Origin: a virus
Taxonomy: Duplodnaviria; Heunggongvirae; Uroviricota; Caudoviricetes
DNA length: 33,508 bases
IMG/VR virus record: IMGVR_UViG_648276643_000011
Direction: 5' to 3' (one strand)
Of this stretch, positions 6,276-15,000 are shown in pieces (within the stretch, counting starts at the first letter, position 1; the number at the start of each line of letters is the position of its first letter). The notes under the pieces are model-generated. The model was not told the origin of the DNA, did not search any database, and was given only the letters and a program-made list of their open reading frames with translations. The translations under genes and the position numbers were made by a program.

Positions 6276-9098
6276 ATGACGGCAGAGTACATCAGGGACT
6301 GGCAACAACCGCGCCACGCAGTGGGGCGTGAAGGAACGGGGATCCCCGCTCCTGAATCTGCGCTTTCCTCCTGGCTGGATGCCTACCGGGCAGAGAACGA
6401 GCGCCGCCAGGAAATGGCTGATGCGGCGTTCTCCGCCACACCGCTGGGCAACCTGATTAATAAAAGCCTGGACGCACAGGAAAAACAGGACAAAGCCATC
6501 ACACTGGCAGGAGACGCCAGAAAACAGGCACGCGGCGCGGTGGATGAAGCCATGGCCTCGCTGCGCCTGCTGCCGTCCTATTTGCGCGATCCACTTATTC
6601 GTCACCTCTCCTTCCTGCGCAAAAAACAGGAAGCCGATCGCCGGAAAGGCAAAAAGAGCTGGCAGGCAGAACGCTATGCACGCGGAACCCTGCGCAAGAT
6701 ATTCGATCGCATAAACCGCACCGACAGCCGCTGGCTGACACCGGGTTATCGCTCCCTTGCCGGACGCGAACGCCTGGACGATTTGCTTTACCTGCCGCAG
6801 CTCAACAAGCACCAGATACAGACGCTGGCTACCATGACGGCGGCGATGTTCAGCAGCACCTTCGAAAAACTCTGCGATGGTTTTGGCGCGACCGATGGCG
6901 AGCTGACCATGGATGTAACCCTGAAGGCGTATCAGATGCTGGCCCGCATGGCGTTACACCTGCACGCCATGCCTCCACATTATGACGCACTGACAACAGA
7001 CAAAGACCGGAGGAACGAACCGGACACGGAGCTGCTGCCAGGCGCAATCCTTCGCCTGACCTGTGCGGAATGGTGGAAACGCAAACTGTGGCTGTTACGT
7101 TGTGAGTGGCGGGAAGAACAACTTCGCGCCGCCTGTCTGGTTTCCAGAAAAACATCGCCCTATCTGAGCCAGGACGCGTTAAGCGAGTTTCGCGCACAGC
7201 GCGAGAAAACACGCGATTTCCTGAAAAGTTTCATGCTGGAAAACGAAGACGGGTTCACGATTGATCTCGAGACAGTGTATTACGCGGGAGTAAGTAACCC
7301 GGTTCACCGTAAGGCAGAAATGATGGCCACCATGAAGGGGCTGGAACTTCTGGCCGAAGCCCGTGGCGACAAAGCGGTGTTTCTGACTGTCACCTGCCCG
7401 TCAAAATACCACGCCACAACAGAGAACGGTCATCCGAATCCCAAATGGAACGGGGCCACCATGCGCGACTCCAGCGATTACCTGGTTAACACGTTTTTTG
7501 CGGCGGTCCGCAAGAAACTGAACCGCGACGGCCTGCGCTGGTATGGCATCCGCACGGTGGAGCCTCACCATGACGGCACCGTGCACTGGCATATGATGGT
7601 CTTTGCTCATCCGGAAGAAATCGACACCATTGTGTCCCACACCCGTGATATTGCCATTCAGGAAGATCGTCACGAGCTGGGTGATGATATTACCCCACGC
7701 TTTAAGGCGGAGTACGTCGACGGCTCAAAAGGCACACCGACCAGCTACATCGCCACCTACATCGGGAAAAACCTGGACAGCCGTGCCGTGGATGGCATCG
7801 ACCCGAAAACGGGCAAGCCACGCGTTGACCACGAAACCGGAAAATCAATGGCCGAGAGCGTGGAACGCGCCATCGGCTGGGCGCGCCTTCACCGGGTCCG
7901 CCAGTTCCAGTTTTTTGGTATCCCCTCCCGTCAGGTGTGGCGTGAGCTGCGTCGCCTTGCCAGCCAGATGGCACGCAACCCGGAAGGCCCACAACGGCTG
8001 AAGGATGACGCAATGGATGCGGTTCTTGCTGCCGCTGATGCCGGATGTTTTGCCACCTACATAGAGAAACAGGGCGGCGTACTTGTTCCACGCAAGGACT
8101 ACCTGGTTCGCACCGCCTACGACCTCGCAGATGAACTGAATGATTACGGCGAACAGAGCGTACAGATTTACGGGATCTGGTCACCACTCATCGGGGAATC
8201 CTCTCGTGTGTGCACGCATCCGGATAACTGGAAGCTGGTAAGACGTAAACCGGAAACGGAAGACAGCGCCCGCGAAAATGGTTTTGACCTTCAGGGCGGC
8301 CCTGCCGCCCCTTGGACTCGTGGCAATAACTGTCCCCGTGTACAGGAAACGGACAACAACGGGACAGAACAGCCGGAAGAACGGCCAGCACCGTGGCCGC
8401 AGCTCCCTGACGGCGTTGAAGTGAACGAATGGATGCGCTCACTGAAACGGCACGAACGCCGGGCGCTGATGCGTTCGCTTCGTGACAAACAGGCAAAAAA
8501 CAGCAGTGATGAAATGCAGAGCTGGACACAGAGCCGCAAACAGCAGCGGCCTTTGCCTGATAACCACGAATTACTCGCTAAAGAATGGCGGGAGTCTGCT
8601 GAATCTCTCGGCCTGCATATCGGTGAACAACAGATGCAGCACCTGTTACGGGGCGGCAGTCTGTACGTTGACGGCAGCATCATTGCACCGCAGGGATTTG
8701 AAATTATACGCAAACCGGATACCCGCCCGGACAGCCGAATCACGCAGCTCTGGCAGCGCCTGAGCCGTAATCACGGCGTAAGCAGCACGGAGATCCGCCA
8801 TAACCCGGTCGCCAGCTATCTGGCACAGCTGGGGGCATCAGCCCCTGAAGCCGCCGCACGCCTGGCATCCACACTTCAGCAGGACCAGAACACCATGAAA
8901 ACACCCGTTACCGTGCTTTCTGACATGCTGCGCGCCATCCGCGACGCAGAGCACGCACAGAGAATCAGTGAAACCACTGAACGCGCCCGCCGCAAAGCAG
9001 ACCTGCTGCGGGGTGGCCTGACCAGTGGAAACAATAAACAGACAGAAACGGGACTCACGAATCCCGTAAATGAGCAAAAAACGCGCAGCGATATATGA
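6276..9098 (+). CDS. A: Replication initiation protein A (rolling-circle HUH endonuclease, P2 gpA family) with long C-terminal extension
   Basis: 940 aa; HUH-type motif VHWHMMVF and paired catalytic tyrosine motif TSYIATYIGKN as in P2 A; canonical position before the variable locus. Confidence 0.85.
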   Translation: MTAEYIRDWQQPRHAVGREGTGIPAPESALSSWLDAYRAENERRQEMADAAFSATPLGNLINKSLDAQEKQDKAITLAGDARKQARGAVDEAMASLRLLPSYLRDPLIRHLSFLRKKQEADRRKGKKSWQAERYARGTLRKIFDRINRTDSRWLTPGYRSLAGRERLDDLLYLPQLNKHQIQTLATMTAAMFSSTFEKLCDGFGATDGELTMDVTLKAYQMLARMALHLHAMPPHYDALTTDKDRRNEPDTELLPGAILRLTCAEWWKRKLWLLRCEWREEQLRAACLVSRKTSPYLSQDALSEFRAQREKTRDFLKSFMLENEDGFTIDLETVYYAGVSNPVHRKAEMMATMKGLELLAEARGDKAVFLTVTCPSKYHATTENGHPNPKWNGATMRDSSDYLVNTFFAAVRKKLNRDGLRWYGIRTVEPHHDGTVHWHMMVFAHPEEIDTIVSHTRDIAIQEDRHELGDDITPRFKAEYVDGSKGTPTSYIATYIGKNLDSRAVDGIDPKTGKPRVDHETGKSMAESVERAIGWARLHRVRQFQFFGIPSRQVWRELRRLASQMARNPEGPQRLKDDAMDAVLAAADAGCFATYIEKQGGVLVPRKDYLVRTAYDLADELNDYGEQSVQIYGIWSPLIGESSRVCTHPDNWKLVRRKPETEDSARENGFDLQGGPAAPWTRGNNCPRVQETDNNGTEQPEERPAPWPQLPDGVEVNEWMRSLKRHERRALMRSLRDKQAKNSSDEMQSWTQSRKQQRPLPDNHELLAKEWRESAESLGLHIGEQQMQHLLRGGSLYVDGSIIAPQGFEIIRKPDTRPDSRITQLWQRLSRNHGVSSTEIRHNPVASYLAQLGASAPEAAARLASTLQQDQNTMKTPVTVLSDMLRAIRDAEHAQRISETTERARRKADLLRGGLTSGNNKQTETGLTNPVNEQKTRSDI

Positions 9099-9145
9099 AG
9101 CGCGCACAAAACAGGCAAAAACGGGATTTCAGAATCCCGTAAACG
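9046..9145. repeat. Two copies of a 23 bp palindromic iteron (ACGGGA-N8-TCCCGTAAA), candidate ParR binding / centromere-like site
   Basis: Copy 1 at 9046-9073 inside the 3' end of gene A, copy 2 at 9117-9145 about 30 bp upstream of the parM-like start; each has a 6 bp inverted repeat. Confidence 0.4.
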
Positions 9146-9174
9146 ATTAATTAATCAACATAAGGAAAAGCGAC

Positions 9175-10134
9175 ATGAAAATTTGTATCGACGACGGCTC
9201 CACCAACATCAAGCTGGCATGGACTGAGAACGGCGAACGCCGCAACGCCATCAGCCCGAACAGCTTCAAGTCGGAATGGTCTGCGCCGTTCGGTGGCACG
9301 CAGCCCGCGAACTACATGCTTGATGGCGTGCGCTATGGTTTTGATCCTGTCAGCGATCGCTTTGTCCAGACGACCGACACGCAATACCAATACAGCGATG
9401 TGAATGTCATTGCCATTCATCACGCGCTGGTCAAATCAGGCATCACGCCACAGGAGGTGGATGTGGTTGTCACCCTGCCACTGAGCGAGTATTTCGACAC
9501 AAACGCACAGCCGGACATGGCCAACATCAACCGCAAAAAAGCGAACGTTATGCGCCCGGTGGAGTACCAGAACGGCAAAGCATTCACTATCCGTAACGTA
9601 CGGGTTATGCCTGAATCTATTCCGGCTGGCTTTAAAGCACTGGCTGACATGAGTCCGTTTGAATCCCTGCTGATTGTGGATTTAGGCGGAACCACGCTGG
9701 ATGTGGCAAAGGTTCAGGGACAACTGGCAGGTATCAGCCAGGTGTTTTGCGATCCACACGTAGGCGTTTCCCTGATGGCCGATGCAGTACTGTCGGTGAT
9801 GGCCACTAACGGTATGCGTACCAGTCACCACATCGCCAATACCATTATCGAACATCGCCATGATGAAGCTTGGCTGCGCCAGCACATCCACAATGACGCG
9901 CATTACGCCAGCCTGATGGCGGTTATTCGTGAAAAGGAAGAAACACTGAAACAACGCGTGATCCGCGCGCTGGCGGGTTTTTCGGGTTACGGGCGGGTGA
10001 TGGTTGTCGGTGGCGGAGCGGAGATTGTGGCACCCGCTATCCGCGAAGCCTGCGGGGTTAATGCGACTTTCATCGCGGACGGGGTGCCACAGTTTGCTCT
10101 GGTTAATGGGCTGTACGCAATGGACAAGGAGTAA
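9175..10134 (+). CDS. parM: ParM/StbA-family actin-like ATPase
   Basis: 319 aa; N-terminus MKICIDDGSTNIKLAW matches ParM phosphate-1 motif; further ParM-like blocks (YSDVNV.A.HHAL, MPESIPAG, LI.DLGGTTLD, GGGAE) alignable by eye to plasmid R1 ParM (from memory); RBS AAGGA. Confidence 0.8.
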   Translation: MKICIDDGSTNIKLAWTENGERRNAISPNSFKSEWSAPFGGTQPANYMLDGVRYGFDPVSDRFVQTTDTQYQYSDVNVIAIHHALVKSGITPQEVDVVVTLPLSEYFDTNAQPDMANINRKKANVMRPVEYQNGKAFTIRNVRVMPESIPAGFKALADMSPFESLLIVDLGGTTLDVAKVQGQLAGISQVFCDPHVGVSLMADAVLSVMATNGMRTSHHIANTIIEHRHDEAWLRQHIHNDAHYASLMAVIREKEETLKQRVIRALAGFSGYGRVMVVGGGAEIVAPAIREACGVNATFIADGVPQFALVNGLYAMDKE

Positions 10135-10138
10135 ACCA

Positions 10139-10450
10139 ATGACGACACCAACCAGACGGATAAGTTTCTATCTGAAGCCCGCCGCCGTCAAGAACGAAGG
10201 CGAAGCATGCGCCTGGCTGGACAGCCTTACACCAGAAGCCCGTAAAAACGGCCAACGCGTGGCTTTTCTGGCCGGGCTGGCGCTTCTGAAAATGAATCCG
10301 GCAGAGGCTTACCGACTGGCAGCATGGGCTGACGATGAGGCGTTATCAGTGACACAAACCAGGACAGAACGCCCCCTGTCACAGCCAGTACCAACCGCAC
10401 AGATAACCAGTCAGATGGCCGGAAATATCAGGGCGTTATTTCCTGAATAA
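10139..10450 (+). CDS. parR: ParR-like ribbon-helix-helix adaptor
   Basis: 103 aa starting 5 nt after the parM-like stop with RBS AAGGAG; N-terminal RRISFYLKP ... LDSLTPEARKNGQRVAFLAGLAL and C-terminal NIRALFPE resemble R1 ParR as recalled from memory. Confidence 0.6.
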   Translation: MTTPTRRISFYLKPAAVKNEGEACAWLDSLTPEARKNGQRVAFLAGLALLKMNPAEAYRLAAWADDEALSVTQTRTERPLSQPVPTAQITSQMAGNIRALFPE

Positions 10451-10457
10451 CACAACG

Positions 10458-10477
10458 TCAGGGCGAGTTCGCCCTGA
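10458..10477 (+). other. GC-rich perfect hairpin (TCAGGGCGA-GT-TCGCCCTGA) downstream of the parR-like gene
   Basis: 9 bp perfect inverted repeat 8 nt after the stop codon; no U-tract, so a stability element or protein site rather than a classic intrinsic terminator. Confidence 0.4.
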
Positions 10478-10513
10478 TCTCCATCTCAGAACATAAACAA
10501 GAAGAGCGACTTA

Positions 10514-10762
10514 ATGAGCAAAATCAACTATCAGGCATTACGTGAACGTTATTCACCTGCACCAGTACCAAAATGCCCTATTTGCGGCGAAGAAATGTCA
10601 ATTCAGCGAATATCTGGAGCACAGGTTGTTTATGCCTGCTCCAGTTATGGTGATGATGGAGATTTCAAAGTTGGTCGAACTCTTGTCGACGAACATTATG
10701 AAAAATCACGCGTAACAGTGTTGGATGTCGGGGCCCCTGAAGTATTGGCGCTACTTGATTGA
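10514..10762 (+). CDS. Small putative zinc-binding protein; frame stays open past its TGA stop
   Basis: 82 aa with CPICG ... YAC cysteine pattern; the same frame continues for 45 sense codons after the TGA at 10760-10762, with no conventional start codon in that extension. Confidence 0.45.
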   Translation: MSKINYQALRERYSPAPVPKCPICGEEMSIQRISGAQVVYACSSYGDDGDFKVGRTLVDEHYEKSRVTVLDVGAPEVLALLD

Positions 10763-10987
10763 CTGGAAACCAAAGACAACCGAATCACTGAACTGGAAAA
10801 AATCGCCACTGACTATGCACTTAAATTCCAGAAAGCACAGGACGCATTAAAGTACGCCGCTTTGCTGCATAGCAGGACAGCGCAGCTAAAATACTAACTT
10901 AAAGCGGAAGATTAATACATGGTGAGTCGGGGTAATTTGTTTTTATCCCGACAAATAAACAAAAAAGTGGACTATCTCTGTAGTATC

Positions 10988-11518
10988 TTATTCAGCATCG
11001 TCTCGTGCAGTCTGTGCATACGTCACAACAACGCCCAATGCATTAGTTTTCTTTTCAACATAGATAATATTGTCATATTCATAGTTACCATACGGATAGC
11101 AAATAAGAATATTTTTATGCAGTTCGGGATCATCAACAAACGCTCCGGAACAGCTTCTTGAACTACCAGATGTATACTCATACGGTGCAACATATGATGA
11201 TGTTACTCCTGGTAAAAAATAAGTCACCATCATAAGAGGGATAATCAGGAATATCCCTGTAAGAATGCAAGAGCCAGCATAAACCTTCAGGTATTCCGAC
11301 AGTCCTTTCCAGCCACTTTGCTTCACTACCCCCCTCTTCACCAGAAACAAGGAGAAGAAAAAGGACATACCCATACTACACAAGATGTAATAATTGGATA
11401 TACGCGAATTAAGATATGTAATCCTGTAGATATCTGCCCTCCACCAGTAAAAGAGGAAAATAATCCCTAGCACTGAAACAGTCATGCAAATCAAATAAGG
11501 ATATGAATCTTTCTTCAT
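10988..11518 (-). CDS. AT-rich integral membrane protein (3 predicted TM helices plus soluble C-terminal domain), candidate lysogenic-conversion or exclusion gene
   Basis: 176 aa on the strand opposite the flanking early genes; hydrophobic segments about 10-26, 44-59 and 79-105; lowest-GC segment in the window; at the P2 tin/old position. Confidence 0.55.
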   Translation of the reverse strand: MKKDSYPYLICMTVSVLGIIFLFYWWRADIYRITYLNSRISNYYILCSMGMSFFFSLFLVKRGVVKQSGWKGLSEYLKVYAGSCILTGIFLIIPLMMVTYFLPGVTSSYVAPYEYTSGSSRSCSGAFVDDPELHKNILICYPYGNYEYDNIIYVEKKTNALGVVVTYAQTARDDAE

Positions 11519-11590
11519 GTCTTGCGCTCATTAAAATTTCCCTGCTACGAACAAATTTACCATCCGTTTTTTGCGCAGAAAACAGCACGA

Positions 11591-11623
11591 TGCACACTGC
11601 ACGATAGTGCACAAATTTGCACA
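11591..11623. repeat. Four phased TGCAC(A/G) repeats upstream of the membrane-protein gene
   Basis: TGCACA 11591, TGCACG 11599, TGCACA 11608, TGCACA 11618, spaced 8-10 bp; 70-105 bp upstream of the minus-strand start at 11518. Confidence 0.35.
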
Positions 11624-11998
11624 ATTTTTTTGAACGACTTTTTACCCTTCCGCCCCGCATGGCGGCTGGATCCGTCAAGGATCCGTGCGTGCACAAAAAA
11701 AAGCGTTTTTTCTGCGCGCAGGTGACGGGGGAACAGCCCGCGTTTCAGGGGGTAAATAGCATTCCCTGAGCGATGTCGCAGCGACACAACAGAATGGCTG
11801 TATTTCTCACGCTGAGCGTGAAAAAGACGTGAGGGCTTTTGATTTGATGGGGTAACAGATAAGGCCGCCAAAATCGCACTGAGGCGGCAGGAACATGCAG
11901 TCAACGCGGTGGGATTGCGTAAGAGTCTGACCGTCGATGATGGCAATAAGCTGGAAGGCGTCGTGAAATTATCTGATTGATACAGGAGCTGGAGAGTC

Positions 11999-12021
11999 GG
12001 GGCATAAATTTTTTATGCCCC
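11999..12021. terminator. Perfect 10 bp stem hairpin (GGGGCATAAA-TTT-TTTATGCCCC) just 3' of portal gene Q; possible terminator or part of cos region
   Basis: Perfect palindrome 27 bp downstream of the Q stop codon; a cos-like segment (GAGGCGGCAGGAA) lies at about 11880-11893 but could not be aligned confidently to P2/186 cos from memory. Confidence 0.35.
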
Positions 12022-12048
12022 GGCGAAGCAGCAGACAAGCGAAGCGCG

Positions 12049-13095
12049 TCAGGCTGTGGGCTGAGTGTCTAACAGTGCGTAAGGGTTAAAGCGGATCACC
12101 TCTTCGCCCAGCCAGTCATTGATGTGCTTCATGGCCTCCATGACGGGCATCAGCTCATTAATTGCGTAAACCCGCGCGGCCTTCTCCACATCACCAAACG
12201 CACTTTTTTCGCCCGGCATCGCCCCCATCAGTTGCGGTGGAACGCGGTGCGCAGCCAGCACATCATCACGGGATGCCGCCTTAACATTCATGAACTCATC
12301 CTTTGCGGTGATCTGCTGGAACGGCAAAATTTGCACCCCTTCTTTGCCCCCGTTGGGCGCATGAATGAGCACGTTTTTAAACGCACCACCACCACGTGCC
12401 CCCTGTAGCGTTTCTTTCAGTGAGTCCATGCTTTCGCGGTTTACCTGCGCTGCACCGATGTAGATGATGCACCCGGCGTGGGAGCCGTTGTCGTAGTACA
12501 GTTTTCTGAACATGTCCGCCGAATGAGACAGGCTGGCCGAGAGTAATGCACCAAGATATTCCGGCATGCCGTAGATTTCCTGGTTAATATCCGGATTCAT
12601 CAGGTGGCACACTTTGCCAGGGCGAAACTGAAACGCGTCCTTACCATCCTGCACATACCACCATGATTCAAGATCGCTTCCGCGTCGCATGTATTTCGCC
12701 AGGGCGTGCCGTAATTTAAGCGGTTCGCCGAGCATATTGCTTCGAAGCTCAAGGAATGCGTTACCGAACACAAACCAGTCCAGCGCCAGCGCCGAGAAAT
12801 CCTGCCGGGAAAGCAGCGGGTGCGGGATGTAGCAACCGAGTAATACATTGCGCTTAAAGTAAAGCGCAGATTGATGCCAGGACGTTTGCCGGGCAGCTCT
12901 TGCCAGACCGTACCAGTCCACCGGGGTTTCATACCACCGCCCGTTATCAGCACAGTACATATTGTCCAGCAGGTCATGCCCGGTCAGGCGGTAAGGACCA
13001 TCAAATGTGAATGCACTGAGCGATGATTCTTTCCTGAGCGCATCAGCGAGATCAATGCGTGAACTCATGCGCACTTTTTTATTTTTTCTGCTCAT
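12049..13095 (-). CDS. Q: Portal protein (P2 gpQ)
   Basis: 348 aa; position and orientation (divergent from O, downstream of P) and by-eye similarity to P2 Q. Confidence 0.9.
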   Translation of the reverse strand: MSRKNKKVRMSSRIDLADALRKESSLSAFTFDGPYRLTGHDLLDNMYCADNGRWYETPVDWYGLARAARQTSWHQSALYFKRNVLLGCYIPHPLLSRQDFSALALDWFVFGNAFLELRSNMLGEPLKLRHALAKYMRRGSDLESWWYVQDGKDAFQFRPGKVCHLMNPDINQEIYGMPEYLGALLSASLSHSADMFRKLYYDNGSHAGCIIYIGAAQVNRESMDSLKETLQGARGGGAFKNVLIHAPNGGKEGVQILPFQQITAKDEFMNVKAASRDDVLAAHRVPPQLMGAMPGEKSAFGDVEKAARVYAINELMPVMEAMKHINDWLGEEVIRFNPYALLDTQPTA

Positions 13096-14846
13096 CAGAA
13101 CTCCATAACCGTGAAACGCTCGTTTTCTCCTTCGCCGCCAATCGGTTCGTTAATGACAGCAAGCATGGTTGCCCACGCAAGGTCGCCGTGGCTAATCCCC
13201 CTCGCGCGGTCCGTTTCGTAAGTGATAAAGCCGCCCGGTGTTTTCACCTTACGCACGGCGTTAAAGGCCGCGACCAGCTCGCGTTCGGCGCGATCGTATT
13301 CCCACCGCCCGGCACGCATTATTTGCAGCATTTTCAGTACCAGCGACCGTTTTGATGACAGCGTGAAGGTGTACGGAATAGCTGCAGGGAAAAACCGTTT
13401 CACTATCTGATAAACAGCCTCCCCGTTCCCGCCCGTCACATCAATGCCGATGTGTTCCACGTTGTAGCGATACGTGAACTCTTCAATGACTCTGGCCTGT
13501 TCTTCAAACTCCAGCCCCTGAACGCGTCGCGTCTCCACCGTTCGAAAACGGCCACCAGGAACAGCCGGAGGAACCACCACGGACACTGCACCGCTGTCGC
13601 CGTTTCCACTGCTGCCGTTTGCGTCATACCCAATCCATACCGGACGATTCCCCATCGGGCGGGGAGCAAAAGGTTTCCAGTCTTTCCAGTCGTCGTATCC
13701 GTCAACACCGCAGCCAATCAGGATATTCAGGTTAAATGCCGATTCCCCTTCGCGAACAAACTCACACATATAGAGATTGAGGAACTCGTCTTCGGTGTTT
13801 TCATCACGGATTTCGTCAATATCGGTGTGTTTCCAGCCGTGATTAACCACATCTTCCAGCGTGACAATTTGCCGCCACGTCCGGTCAGGGCAGATAAGCC
13901 CGTTATGCAGCGTTTTCCAGTCCACAGAAAAACGCTGGCGTTTATGCGAGGCCTTTTTCTCGTTCCAGCGGTCGCCGTTCCAGTAGGCGTATGCCTCGTG
14001 CGTTTCGGTGGATGGCGTGGAGAAGTAGGTGCGCCGCAGTCCGCTGAGGGTTGCCATAGCGCCAGCCACCTTGCGCAGTTCAGCAAAGCGACTGACCCAG
14101 AAAAATTCATCAAAATAAAAATTGCCCGTATAGGACTGTGCCGACGCAGCAGAAGTGCCGAGAAAATGCAGCTCTGCGCCGTTGGAGAGGATGATTTTAT
14201 CGCCCCCTTTCAGCTCCACATCAACTTCAGCCGCGGCCTTCTGAATAATGCTTTTAAACTGGAACGCCTGACGACGCGACGCAGACAAAAAAATCTGGTT
14301 ACGCTGGTAAGGTTGCGCCACATCGTCACGCAGCGCCATCAGCAGTGCTTCCTGTGCAAAATACCAGGTCGCCCCAATCTGTCGGGATTTCAGGATCATC
14401 CTGTTACGTATCCCGGCTTCCCTGCAAAGAGTCAGGGAGTCAAACCAGCCCCGCTGATGCCACTCCAGCCTGCTGATGATTTTTTCCCGCAGTGCGGCAA
14501 TCTGTTCCGGCGTGAAATGATTTTTAAGTTTTTTCGCCCGGCCTTTCTTTCCTGTGGCCGTCGCATCCGGCTGGCCATCATGCATTTTTTTAAGCTGCCG
14601 GGTCAGCAGGTCTATTTCCTTGAAGTCACCACCTGTTTTATTCTGTTTTTCAGTAAGCTGGATGAGGCGCGCATCGATGGACTGCGTGACACGCTGCACG
14701 GGTGGCGTTTCATCCCACTGGTCGCGTTTTTTCCACGCATAAATCGTGTTCGGGTTTATTCCCATCAGACGTGAGATTTCTGCGGGCGGATAACCCTGCC
14801 AGTAAAGTTGCCGCGCACGCTGGCGCACAAAAGCGTCCTGAATCAT
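13095..14846 (-). CDS. P: Terminase large (ATPase) subunit (P2 gpP)
   Basis: 583 aa; N-terminal HTH-like start MIQDAFVRQRARQLYWQGYPPAEISRLMGINPNTIYAWKKR; overlaps Q start by 1 nt; canonical P-Q arrangement. Confidence 0.9.
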   Translation of the reverse strand: MIQDAFVRQRARQLYWQGYPPAEISRLMGINPNTIYAWKKRDQWDETPPVQRVTQSIDARLIQLTEKQNKTGGDFKEIDLLTRQLKKMHDGQPDATATGKKGRAKKLKNHFTPEQIAALREKIISRLEWHQRGWFDSLTLCREAGIRNRMILKSRQIGATWYFAQEALLMALRDDVAQPYQRNQIFLSASRRQAFQFKSIIQKAAAEVDVELKGGDKIILSNGAELHFLGTSAASAQSYTGNFYFDEFFWVSRFAELRKVAGAMATLSGLRRTYFSTPSTETHEAYAYWNGDRWNEKKASHKRQRFSVDWKTLHNGLICPDRTWRQIVTLEDVVNHGWKHTDIDEIRDENTEDEFLNLYMCEFVREGESAFNLNILIGCGVDGYDDWKDWKPFAPRPMGNRPVWIGYDANGSSGNGDSGAVSVVVPPAVPGGRFRTVETRRVQGLEFEEQARVIEEFTYRYNVEHIGIDVTGGNGEAVYQIVKRFFPAAIPYTFTLSSKRSLVLKMLQIMRAGRWEYDRAERELVAAFNAVRKVKTPGGFITYETDRARGISHGDLAWATMLAVINEPIGGEGENERFTVMEF

Positions 14847-15000
14847 TGCTCCCCCTGAGTAATTACAGGAAGATTACCCGCGCGCGAAACCGTTCTCCTT
14901 AACCCCCTGTTCTGGCCGTTTTCTTACAACAAAAGGCCTTTGTATCAGCCTGTTACGCTTTGCCATCATGACTGAAGAACCAGTCAGAGGGGCAAAAACT
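14847..15000. promoter_or_regulatory. Divergent late promoter region between P and O
   Basis: 154 bp gap between divergent terminase and scaffold genes, where P2 carries its Ogr-dependent late promoters; contains TGT/ACA dyad-like elements but no confident match to the consensus. Confidence 0.4.

Noticed and set aside
5739-6812. 357 aa minus-strand ORF overlapping the start of gene A and two small plus-strand genes
   Set aside because: Antisense to well-supported, RBS-equipped plus-strand genes in a GC-rich region; long antisense ORFs are expected by chance there.
7702-8529. Minus-strand ORFs of 161, 113 and 150 aa within gene A
   Set aside because: Antisense to the replication gene, compositionally biased (Arg/Cys/Ser-rich), no translation signals.
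9175-10134. Alternative identity of the actin-fold protein as a chromosomal MreB/FtsA or Hsp70-type ATPase
   Set aside because: Size (319 aa), the ParM-type N-terminal motif and an immediately coupled small ParR-like gene fit a type II partition ATPase far better.
10919-11161. 80 aa plus-strand ORF in the AT-rich segment
   Set aside because: Antisense to the better-supported 176 aa membrane-protein ORF; low-complexity AT-driven frame.
13452-14774. 440 aa plus-strand ORF inside the terminase large-subunit gene
   Set aside because: Entirely antisense to the strongly supported terminase P gene; no RBS and arginine-rich GC-driven composition.
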